Shown here in pieces: positions 11,431 through 24,200 of a stretch of 64,000 nucleotides of DNA (position 1 is the stretch's first letter; each line of letters opens with the position of its first letter). The translations under genes and the position numbers were made by a program. This DNA comes from Octopus bimaculoides. Taxonomy: Eukaryota. The DNA lies in the NCBI RefSeq assembly GCF_001194135.2, contig NC_068984.1, positions 103,743,477-103,807,476 on the forward strand. The letters run 5' to 3'. A model generated the notes under the pieces. The model was not told the origin of the DNA and searched no databases. It saw nothing but the letters and a program-made list of their open reading frames with translations.

Positions 11431-14400
11431 CATACAGATATGTGTGTATATATATATATATATCTACATATACAAGTATATATATTTATATCTATATATA
11501 CATGTATAATAAACACATTTTTACCGAATGCGAGGAAATGCAACTCTCAAAGCTAGCCCCTTAAAAACAGGCTAAACTATAGATCATGATTTCGTAGTTA
11601 TTGTAGTATTATGCAACTTCTACTCGTCAGTATAGTATGGTCAAGACACATAGAAATAAACAGAAAATCAACATACCAAACGAACACCTCGTGTATCCAG
11701 CATAGTACATGGAAGATTGTTTATCCCTACATATCTATGTAAGTGGCGGGCTTTTTCGAATTTCATCTCGGTACATGTGTTTTTGTTTTGTTTTTTTCAG
11801 AATAAATTCAGCATTGAATATATTCTGGTTATTTATTACATTAATTCAATAATAGAATGAATTCTTTTATAAGAATTTATTAAGTAGCTAGTGTGAAAAA
11901 AACCTCATAAGGGAAAAATCCATCATTTATTCCCCAAAATATATTTATTTATATAAGAGCATTACTATACATGAATGCCTTACGCTAAATTACAAGAGAT
12001 GAGGTAGTAGATGTGTGTATAACATAAAAATTTCATGGTTCCAATCGAAGTATTAGACCATGTGTCTATTGATATTGTGTCATCTGTTAAATGTGTGTGT
12101 ATTTCTCTTTACAGATGCCCAGGTCGGTAAAATTAGCTCTTTAAGAATATTTGACAGAGAAGTTAAGAAATATTATGACATGCCAATTGAGATGGCTGAC
12201 AATGGTGAGCCTCAGATGACAGGCATAAATTATCTTCGTATTGAAATTGGTGATGTCAATGACAACAAACATGGGCCTGGAGCAAAAGAAATATTAGTTT
12301 ATAACTACAAAGGTTTGTTATTGCCGTTATTTTCTATTGAAAAACAAGCGTTTTAAAATAAAGAACTGTATTTATTGCATAATAACATTATCACAATTCT
12401 ATTGAATTATACTCTTTGTTCCAATTAATTTTGAAAATAATGAAATATTTAGTAAAATAACTTTTAAGATGGTTTTGAGAATCTAGTTCAGCATAAAATT
12501 TCAATGGGAAGTTTTAGTTTGGATCACTTTAAAACAAAGTTTTTATCATAGAACCAAAAGTGGTCTTCAGAGGTTGCTATCAAAAGGGTAAAGTTCAATT
12601 TCATTATAATCCTTAGGAAGTAGCTAAACCCTTTGTTACCATATTTCTACTGAAATCCACTGACTTTGTTTAAATTAACTTAGAATATAATAAACTATTC
12701 AGTAAAATAACTGTTATTAAGTTGGTGTTTGAAACATGATTTAACATAAAACTTTAATGAAAGGCTTCAATTTAGGTCTCTTTAAAAGCAGAAAGTTTTT
12801 ATCATAGAACCAGAAGCAGTCTTGGATTGGTTGATATCAGAAGGGCTATGTTCAATTTCATTATAATCCCTTAGTTCTGGTCCATTTCTTTTCCCATGTT
12901 GCCTGTAGTTATTAAAAAAAAGGCACGTACTACTGTTTGAACACTTGATGACACTTTATAAATAGTGTGTACACGCAAAGTAGCAATGATAAATTACTCA
13001 AAATAGTATTCACAAGGTGTCTAACTTAAATCAGTCATCACATGACTCCAATGTATTAATTAAACATACACTTTCTAATTATGTACACTTGGATTTTAGC
13101 ACAACACAACACTACTAAAGATTATTTGCTTACACCTAGAAAGTATGAAAAATGGCTAATATATCCTTCAAACTTTGCTTTTGTTACATCTATTCAAACT
13201 CCAAAGAATTCCTCTTAACACATGGCTGTGATACTCCCCAACTACTCCTGCTCATTGTCAGAGATGCACATGTTGTCAGCCACTAAGAGACATGTTCAAG
13301 TGGTTTTGCTTCAGAAACTTGGTGCTGAATATGTCTAAAATGTAATGGAAAATAGGTCAGTTTCAAAACATTGATGTCCAGGCTCTCAAAGTTTGAAGGG
13401 AATAGTAGTCATTTCCTTTGATTTCTAGATAGATGCAAACAGGAAATAACACTTACTGATCAAAGACAAAAAGAAATTATTTAAATTTTGTTACACAAAT
13501 GCAATCCATCTATAAATTTTATGTGGTGGACCGAAAGATTTTGAGTTCAATCCCCACCAAAGGTGGCATTCGCAAAAACAGAGGAATCCCTACCTAGGTG
13601 GGCCTGACTCCTTTAGAGTGTCATGAACAGGCCAAAGTACTAGTTTGACAGTCCTGCTGCTGAAAATTTCTCCTGATCTCCACTTGCCCCATAATGAGTT
13701 TCTACCCACTATTATTTTTTCAAAATCTCATTTATTAAGAACTTAGCATTAAATAGACTTTATTCTCTTGAATTTTTCTACATGGTTCTTTTTTGTGTAT
13801 TCTCATCTTCCCATTAGATAATGAGCAGAGAAGGTACATTAGTCTGTCAGTGTCTAAACCTCCTCAAGGCATCTTCTGTTTACTGCATCATAAACTTTTT
13901 AATCCTATTAATCTTGTTGCTCTTAACTTTACACAAATGCTATACACATAAACATGTGTGTGTATATATATAATGTTCTGCTTATTTTTAGGTCATTTTG
14001 GTAACTTCCCAATTGGCAGAGTGCACTGTGAAGATTTAGATGACTGGGATAATGCTGACAAGACATACACTTTCTTGGGCAATGTTACACTAGCTGGTTA
14101 TTTCAAGTAAGTCATTAAGTTATATAATAATTATTAAGTAGGATATTATAAAGTAATTTGAAGACGTTTGAAGACTGTGACCAAGTTTCATTTTCTGTTT
14201 GTAGTTTCTTACTTTTTTAGAATAATTTTTGTTTCAGCATTGTCATATCCTCATCACTATTTTTAACATCCACTTTTCCATGCTTGCATGGGTTAGATGA
14301 AATATAATGAGTTAGATTTTCTGTAGCCCTTACTGTTACCAACCCTCACCTGTTTCAAGTAAAGTATTATTTCCTTATGACTAAATATGTTTCCATGGAA

Positions 14401-15228
14401 GTTTGGAAATGGACATCACTTGTAATGACACTGATGCTCATTTTCAACTTTCATGCAATGTCTAGACAAGGAGACAGTAAAACATACTAGCTGTGATTGT
14501 GTGGTTGAGAAGCTTGCTTCCCAACCATGGGCTCTCAGGTTGCAGTCCTGCTGTGTGGCACTTTGAGCAAATATCTTCTACTATAGCCTTGACTAAAGCT
14601 TTGTAAGTGGACTTGGTAGACAGAAATTCTGTGTGTGTACACCCTTATTTTGACATCGCCACTATACAAGTAATATTACTCATTTCCAATTTTCCATGAA
14701 AAACATATCAGGCTAGAGTAATATTACTTTGTTTGGAAACAGGTGAGGTTTGACAAAAAGAACTGCATATAGCTGTAGTAAAATCTGCCTCAGTAATTTT
14801 TAAGTGTTTACAATTCTATCTTTCAACAATTCTTTTCATGTAAGCATGAAAAGTAGTTAAATGATAATGATATATATCAATTTCCCATGTACTAAATCTA
14901 CAGCTTTGGTCATCCTATAGTATAAGACACTTGCCCAAGGTAACTGAACCAGAAACCTTGTGATTTCAGGTTCAGCCTTCATAACAACACAGCCATGTCT
15001 TCACATATTGTTCTTAGTTAATTTCTTACTCCAAATATATGAAATTATATATTTATGGAATCTTAATAAAATAGGTACAGGTCTGGTTGTGTGATAAGCT
15101 TCCTTCCCAACCATATGGTTCCAGGTTCAGTCCTAATGCATGGCACCTTGGGCAAATGTCTTCTACTATAGCCTTGGGCCAACCAAAGCCTTGTGAGTGG
15201 ATTTAGTTGGTAGAAACTGAAGAAGCTA

Positions 15229-15262
<34 letters not shown>

Positions 15263-18200
15263 GTATTGGGTCATCCTATAAATAATGCAGTTTTTTCAAT
15301 TGCATGAACTAAAAGTTGGATGGGGATAAACTACCTGCCTCAACTTTCTATTACATCAGGTAGTAATTTTACCATATATTTATTCTTAATGCAAGTTTTG
15401 AAGGGTGCAGTCCAATTTTAACAGGAGCATATTCAGCATATTTTACTTTATGAATTCAATAAAGGCAACAACACAATGGAAAGTGCAAGGAATATTAATG
15501 CAGTATATGGGGATCAGACAATATGCACAAGCCAGTGTCAATGGTAGTTCCAGAAATTCTGAGCCGGAAACTACAGCCTAGAAGATGAGCCTCATCCTGG
15601 AAGATCTGTATAGCTTGATGAGGACATCCTGCAAACTCTGGTGGAACAAAATCCCATTGTAACTGTTGAGGATCTAGCAGAGAAGCTTGGATTTGGTCAT
15701 TCGACCATTCATCGACACCTGCGTACCATCGGAAAAGTCAGCAAATTGAATCAATGGTTTCCTCACAAACTTTCTGAGTTTAATCACGTGCAAAGAGTGA
15801 ATGTGTGCTCTTCTTTACATGAACGAACCATTTTTGGACTGAATAGTGACTGGTGACAAGAAATGGATTCTCTTTAAAAATGTTGGGTAGGGAAAGGAGA
15901 AACACTGGCACCCCAGGCTAAAGGTCTTCACCGACATAAGATGTTGTTATCTGTTTGGTGGGATATGAAAAGTTTAGTCCACTTCGAGCTTTTAAACTCA
16001 AACCAAACAATAACAAAGATCTACTGTGAGCAGCTTAAGTCAGTGCTAGAAGAAAAACGACCATCTTTGGTTTCAAGACAAAAGGATAATGCTCGGTTAC
16101 ATACAACAAGGATAACATTCCAAAGGCTGGAGCAGTTTGAATGGGAAACAATGTCCCACCCACCATATTCACCGAACCTTGCCCCATCTGATTATCATTT
16201 ATTCTGCAGTCTTCAAAATCGCTTGGACAGAAAAAATATAAATTCTGTAGACAAGGTCAGAACAGTACTGGAGGAGTATTTTTCATCATGAGCAAGTGGA
16301 TTTGGAAGAGAGGCCTTGCAAGTCTACCAGATAGATGGAAGAGCATTGTAGAAAATGGAGAGTATATTTTAGATTTAAAAAGAACTTTATTTATCTTAAT
16401 TTTGAAAAATAAAAGAAAAAACGTATTATTTATGGGATGACCCAATATGTATGTATTTGTGTGTCTGTGTTTGTCCCCACTACTACTTTACAACCAATGT
16501 TAGTGTGTTTATATCCCTGTGATTTAACCAGTTTGACAAGAGATCAATAAAATAAGTACCAGGCTTAAAAAAAAAAGTAGTGGGGTCAAGTGATTCAACT
16601 AAAATTCAAGGCAGTGCTTCAGCAAAGCCACAATCTAATGACTGAAACAAGTAAAAGTTAAAACATTGATAAAGATAAAATTATTTTGGTTGAATACATT
16701 TAATGAGTTCTGAAACTGTTTTAAATGTATTATCTCTTGATCTAAATGGAATATGTACACATATGATGACCATTTTGTTTTATTTTTTAGACTCCTTACA
16801 AATGGAACTATTATAATGACTAAAGGAGTTCCAGAAAAAGAATATTTCTTCCAAGCTAGTGTTTATGACAAAATTTTTAAAAACACAGAAATTTGTAATG
16901 TTACAGTAAAAATCATAAGTCTTTCTGAAGAAGCTGTAAGGCGTTCTGGTTCGACGAGATTCAAAGGTAAATAATTTTGTTCCATTACTGAATGTTACTT
17001 TTGTTAAACAGCCTAAATGTACTGAGAAAACAAAAGGTTATGACATGATAGAAGCAATGAAAAACTTAGGCAATGTACTTTTTTTATAAATAATTATAAT
17101 CATCATTATCCTATCTGCCGCATAGTTTGATGGAACCGTATAGGTCAGGAGGACTGCCATACTCCAATGTCTGCTTTGGGAAGAATAAAAAAGTTTTTAA
17201 ATTTAAGGTGTTTGAAATGAAATATATTGTTGTGCAGTGTTACATGTAAAATGTTACTAATAGATAAATTAGGGAAAGAAATCTGCTTGCTTTCAGATTT
17301 AAAATTGCATAAATTGGCTATGTATTGTTTTAATAAAAAAAAAATTATTGCTTAGGATTATATATAATAAGCAGTTAATCTCTCTATAATAGTTTTTATT
17401 TAACCCATTAGCATCCAGATTATTCTGTCAAATGTAATTCTTATTTATTCACATTGCTTTGAATTAATCAAGCATTATTTCATAGCTTTGAGATTTTGAC
17501 ATAGTTGTTTATTTTTACAATGACATTGTAGGGTTTATGCAATAAGTTGAATCTGGCCAGTTTGAACATAAAACTGGATGATTATTTGGGCCTGATTTGG
17601 GTTAAAGGGTAAGAAATAAGAATATGCAATGCATTGAAGATTTGATGTTGGAAGTGTAGTGTAGTGTTGAATTGGAACAGTTGAAACAAGCTGGTTATAA
17701 TCTATTGGTTGTACAGTGATGTGTATTGATAAAATGTCTTGTGTTGATACATAGCTAATGTGGCTACAATAGAATAAATATGAACTGCAAATAGGTATTG
17801 AAAATGAAAATACTGTGATGCCCAATGTAAACAAAGGAAACCGTAAAATATTTTAGTGAGGCTAGACTTAAGGAATTTAAGCCTCAATAACATTGAATAG
17901 AGAATGTATAGAAACTGTCTAGTTTCAACTCCATTCACCTTAATGTCTTTTTTTCTTTTTCTTTTTTCTTTTATTACTGGAGTTCTTTTAAATTAATCTC
18001 TAGCTTTTATTATTGCTAGTTTAAATGATTTAAATTGTATTTAGTTTGAAATCACTGACATTAAATCATTGGTGAGTTTCTACATTGGCCTTCAGTTTAT
18101 CCAATATTAGCAGTGTTTCTCTTCAAACGCTCAACTGTCTTATGAGGTTAGTAAATGGATCTTTGCCAGAGAAATATTAAGTTGTTGAATCAACCAAACT

Positions 18201-21200
18201 ACCTGCTTGTTAAATTAACATATAAGTGGTTGAGTATTCCACAAATATGTGTACCCTTAACACACAATTTTCAGTCAGTATCAGCAAAACACAATGCACC
18301 AAAGCTGAATTTTTTAATTACAGGTACAATCCATCCTATGGATTCCACACAGTTTCAATCTACTCGATTTTTCTCACAAAACTTGGGTCAAATGGAGTAG
18401 ATGATAAAAGATGTTTGTCCAGGATGTCACAAACAGGAATTGAAACTAAAATCATGTAATTACAAAGTGAACTCCTTAAACCATTCAGCTATTGCACCCA
18501 TTTTTACGATAGTGTCTACTCAATAAACCATGTCCAAAATATTTTTTAAAAAAGCACTTAACTGATTGTACCCTCTCTGAAATGTTATTGCTACAACTAA
18601 ACAGACATCATAGTTTGTACTCCAAAGAGGAAGGACTGGATGTAATAGTCAGTAAAGAGAGTAGACATAACATGGATGGTGGGAGGAGGAGATACAAGCA
18701 AGTCAGGAGTTTCTAATGAGGAAACAGTTCGTGCTCCTCTCAATAAGCAGGCTGCAGGGTACGAGTTCTGCTCAAGCCTTCCCAGCATTCTCACCTCTCC
18801 TATCATCACTATGCCATGGGTAATTTGTCCCTTTTAAAGCTGCATACATGGATCTACTTTGTATCTTTTATGTTATTGATTTGTATTTGTGTGTATATTG
18901 ATGGTATCGAAATAATTTTTTTTTCTCTTATGCTATGAAGCTTTTAAAATGACTTTCAACTGTTGATAATTTACCATTTGTTTTCTTTCCACAGATGTCA
19001 CACCCAGTGAATTTATTGAAGAAGGTCCTAATGGTAGTGCATACAACAAATTTAAAAATCAGCTTGCTACTATTCTTGGAGTTCCATTTGAAAATGTTGA
19101 TGTCTTCAGTTTAATGGAAAATGAGAAAGGTTATACAGATGTACGGTACTCAGCACACAATTCGCCATGGTACACCCCTGGAATGACTAACGGTGCTGTA
19201 GCAGTTAACAGAGCAAAGGTACACTATTTGCAGTTTTTGTTTCTCTCTATCAATCCACCTTTGTCGTTCCTCAATTTTTCATCCTTCTATTTGATTTTTT
19301 TATTATAAAGTCGGTCTTTATTTTCAGTACATTATTTTTTCTTCACTAAATTTAAATATTTCATGGGGTGAAAATTTGGCATTTCCAACACTTGGAGATA
19401 AAAAAAATGAAGAGTAAATAACCTGTTAAGTTCTTCCTATTTCTTACTAGATAACTAATTCTTGGAATAACTCGGTATTTATGTTGTCTTTTTTGTTGCA
19501 TTTTTTCTGACAAGTTCAGCTTCCTCATTAAATTTACCTTTATCTTATTTAACCTTTTAGCATTCAAACCAGCCATATCTGGCCAAAATATTTAACCTGT
19601 TTTATGTTGAAACTGGCCAGATCCAACCTCTCATCATTGAAATCTCTAAACTACAGCACTGCATAATTAATTAAAAACAATGAAAATAAATAAATTCTAC
19701 ATTTGACAGAGTAATTTGAATACTAAAAGGTTAAACTTAACTGAAGCAATACTTTCTACCACACACACAGCCCCATAAATCCAACTGACAACTATGTTAT
19801 TACACTTCAGTAAATTTGCCCAGATTTGTAGTAGTTCTTACTGATGACTACATACACCATATCTTCAAAAATAGTTAAAAATTAGCCAATGTACCCTAAT
19901 ATTACGGTTTCCTGTGGTGAAATAATCTCATTCTGCTAAAGTATATTGAATTTTCATAGAATTATTCAACAACCTCCCTCCTTTTGCATGTATCTTCATA
20001 CTCTCTCACACACACACACACACATACCCATTCTGAAACAATAAGTCCTTACCATATAGTATATTTGTCATGTGGATGCCATCTACCATTTCAGTTGAAG
20101 TGTGTTGTCGCTAAATATCATTGACTTAATCTTAAAATCATGTTTCTAATAGATTGCTACAGAAGTTGGTTACCAAATTGATATGGTGGATATAAATGAA
20201 TGCATTGATGAATACTGTGATGCTGGTGGCTGTACAAACAAGCTTATCATCAAAGATACTCCAGTTCTGATAAATTCCAGTTCAACCGGTATGGTTGGTG
20301 TAAACACAAGGGTTGAAGCTGATTGTATCTGTGGAGCTCGGGATTTCAGTCAGCCTGTACAGTGTACACCTGACTACTGTTACAATGGGGGCGTCTGCGA
20401 AAAGGACTACTTCCAGGTTGTCAAGTAAGATTAACTTTTATATATTTTGTTATGTGTATATATAAAGGGCAAGGGCAAGGGGAGGATAAACGCAATGAAA
20501 GTTTAGGGTAAGTAAATATAAAAACAATGTTACTTGAAGGATTAGTATAAGAACAATTTTGCTAGAAAGGTTATTAAAATGATATTGTTGGAATGATTAG
20601 CATAAAAATAGTATTGCTATAGGGGTTAGTATAAAAACAATATTTTGTAGAAAAGTTAACACTAAAACAATATTGCTAAACAGTGAAAAATAAGAGTGTT
20701 GACATTTGTATGTGAATGAAGGAAGTTTATCTCATTTTTTTCCCCACTGTCATTAAGATGACCGAGATAATGCATCTTTTTAGTGATACAGATTGACGAA
20801 ACTATCTAAATTGTGCAGGGATCAGTTTTGAATTTCATTCTTTTGAGTGCAATAAGATAATCATCAATAGTCCTATGTGGAAGAATTTCAATGAATACCC
20901 ACTAAAATCTTGGTTTCATGCCTTTGAGAAATTATTTTGTGCCCATTAGTGGCTGCAGGATTATGGTAGTCAAATCATTGAATAATAATCTTTATTTGGT
21001 TTGTCCTAGTCTTCTGCAAGTTCCACACATAGAGTGGTACTTATAACAAAACTAAAATACAGTGAAAAAAGACACTTATTCCAATATCCAGACTGACAAA
21101 AAAAAATCTTATTGATGTTAGGATAAAAAGCAAAAAAAAATTAGCAGGTTCAAAAATGGTGTTGATTCTGTTTTCTTGAATTGTAAAGTTTCTGCAAACC

Positions 21201-24200
21201 TTACATTCTTCAATGCTTACAGCCCCAACATACTCAGTTGTTTCTGTCAAAATATTGATAATGATGTTCTTAGTTTTACTTCAAGTTTGGTTATGTTATA
21301 ATCAAGTGTTATTACAACTTACTGTCTTTTGTGATTAGTTGTCCTTTATGCCTGTTATCATGACTTGCTATTCTTTCCCTGTTATCAACTGCTCTGACTG
21401 CAATGGACCAGAGATGGCAACACAATTTACTTCCAGCTACAGTATTATCTCTTCATTAAATGGGTTCAAACTGTAAAGGGAGAAATATTTTTATTTAAGA
21501 TTTTTATGTATTCCAGAATTATTTTTGAAGTATTTTAAATTTTTGACTTGATCATTTCAGATGTATTTGTCCACCAGGTTTCACTGGACCAAGGTGCCAA
21601 GTAACTGGGATTAGTTTTGAAGAAAAGGGTTATGCTTTGTTTTCTCCTCTAGAACAGTGTGAAAATAGCCGCACAAGTCTAGAATTTGCCACTTTACAAG
21701 ATGGTTTACTTTTTTATAATGGTCCTGTAACAAATAAACCAGATAATTCAGAAAGAGACTTCATACTTCTAGAATTAATTAATGGTTACCCTCAACTCAA
21801 AATTGACCATGGAACTGGAGAATTAACCCTCTCTCTGAATGGAAAGGATAAATCTAATAAGTTGATTATTAACAAAGTCAGTGATGGTAAATGGCACCGT
21901 GTTGACATCATAAGAAATAAACAAGTAAGTTGTGTTTTTTTGTTTTTTTTAAGGTTTTGTGGTAGGGGAAATAATAGTAAAACAGTAATGTAAGAACAGT
22001 CATAGTCTACATTCAAATCTTTCGGTGGAAATAAACACACTAAAATATTATTCTAAATTCTTTGTATGCTTTCAATAATTCCATAAAGTAATGTATCAGA
22101 TGTAGTCGATGACTGAAAATGATGTAATGTCAATTTCATGCTTTGATGAATATAGAACAGTAAAACAGTGCCAAATGTTTGCTTAAAGTATTGCAATTCT
22201 TACTTTGAGCTTTCTGTGTTATGTATGTCATTTTCCCCCTTCTATTCTATCACTGTCCAAAATGCTCTCATGGAATGTGACCAAATGAGGTTTATTTCTC
22301 AACATGGTCCCTTTGCAGTCCATACACTTCTTCCATCAGTGTTGTAGTGCTTGGTGAAGAAGCTTTCATCCTGTTGCTCAAAAAAGTCATCAACTGCTGA
22401 TATGACATTATCATTGCTATACTGCTTCCCAGCCAAGTGATTTTTTTCATTTTGGGGATCAGATAATAGTCAGATGGGGTAAATCAAGCCAATAAGGAAT
22501 GTGATCAAGCAGTTCAATATCAGTCACACACGGCAGCCATTGAAACCAAGGATTTGTGTGCTGGAGCATTGTCCTGATCAGACAAGACCCCTTTCATCGG
22601 TTTTCCTAGACATTTGGTCTTGAAGGCCTTTCATAACTACCTCAGCAAGTTGGCTTAGTACTTTGCATTGATGGTGTGACTCTTTTGAGAATAATCAATA
22701 AACACAATGCCTTTTTCACCCTAAAAAAACTGAAGCCATCGCCTTCCCTGCAGATGAAACAATTTTGGCCTTTTTTGAAGCAGGTGAGGAGGGATGTTCC
22801 CACTGCATAGATTGTCTCTTTGTCTCTGACTCAAAGTGATGAAGCCAACACTCGTCCTGAGATAGGAAACCTTCAAAGAAACCAGCTGGGTCTGCTTCAA
22901 ACAGTGTCACATTTTCCTGTGATGTATTCATCTTGATGTGATTTTGATCAATTGTCAAAAGATGTGGCACCTACTGAGCAGAAACCTTCGTCATGCCAAG
23001 TTCATTATGCAGAATATTCTCAATTCTCTCATGGGATATGCTTATAGCATTGGCTATTTGATTTATAGTCACTTACCTGTCATCCATTACCATGTGGTAA
23101 ATGCGATCAGTATTTTCTTTTAAGGTGGCATTTGCAGGATGTTCTGACCTTGGATCATCTTCAAGACTCTCCCTTTCCTTCCTCCTAAATTCTACCCATT
23201 TTTGCACTGTTAGTAAAGCTGGAGCATCATCCCCGAATGTAGCAAACTGTCATCATGAATGCTTTTGAGGGCTAAACCCTTTTTCTGAAGGTATTTTATA
23301 ATGCCACAATGCTAAATTTTGTTCATTTTCAAGAGAATTTACTACTAGTTACTTTTGAAGTATTCTTTGAACAGTCAAATGTCACCTTACCTCAAAAGAA
23401 ACAATACAGTTATTAATGAGAATAGTTGAAAATTATGCAAGCAAGACTTCACTACTTATAATCAGCCTATAAACCTTTCAGCCCACCCTCGTAATTGTTA
23501 GTATTAAATGATTTAGTAGAATGTATTCTCTATCATACATAACTTACATCAAAAGTCACTTGTAATTTGGTTCTGCAGTTGTCCATAATTAATCATGTTT
23601 AACTATTTCATTTGTGTTCAACCTAACATTTGCTTGCAGATTTCATGTCACTTAATTACTAGAGTATTGTCCATCATATGATGGCTAACTTTGGAGATAT
23701 ACTTTTCTGACTATGGGTAAGATAAGGAAATATGGCATACATACATAATCATACTTTGACTCTTAACAAATTTCTTGATGCTTTCAAATGAAAATTATTC
23801 ATTACCTTAAAATTAAACAATTTTCTCATTTGTATTATTCCTCCTATAACTCCTGTCATTTACTCCCTCTCCTCATCCTTCTATCACAAAGCCTAATATA
23901 TGCACTTATCCTGCATCTCTTATGTTATTCTCTCTGTATCTCTCTTTCACTTTCCCTTCTTTATATATGATGTGAAATACGACAGGAGAAATCAACCAGC
24001 TAACATTATCAGCTATTACTATATAGAGAATTAAAATTTCTTCAGGCTCATCTACATGACTTATCAAGGATTTTGAATATTTTATATTTGTATACAGTTT
24101 CTCTAAATATTATCACTTTTCACTCTTGTTCCATGATGCTTTCTTCCTTGTTGTCAGTCATAATGTAGAATCTAATTTTAGGATTTTAAAGGTAGCTCTT

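Noticed and set aside
11122-11564. YIYI/CVCV-rich ORFs and ORFs spanning N runs
   Set aside because: These are translations of microsatellites or assembly gaps.
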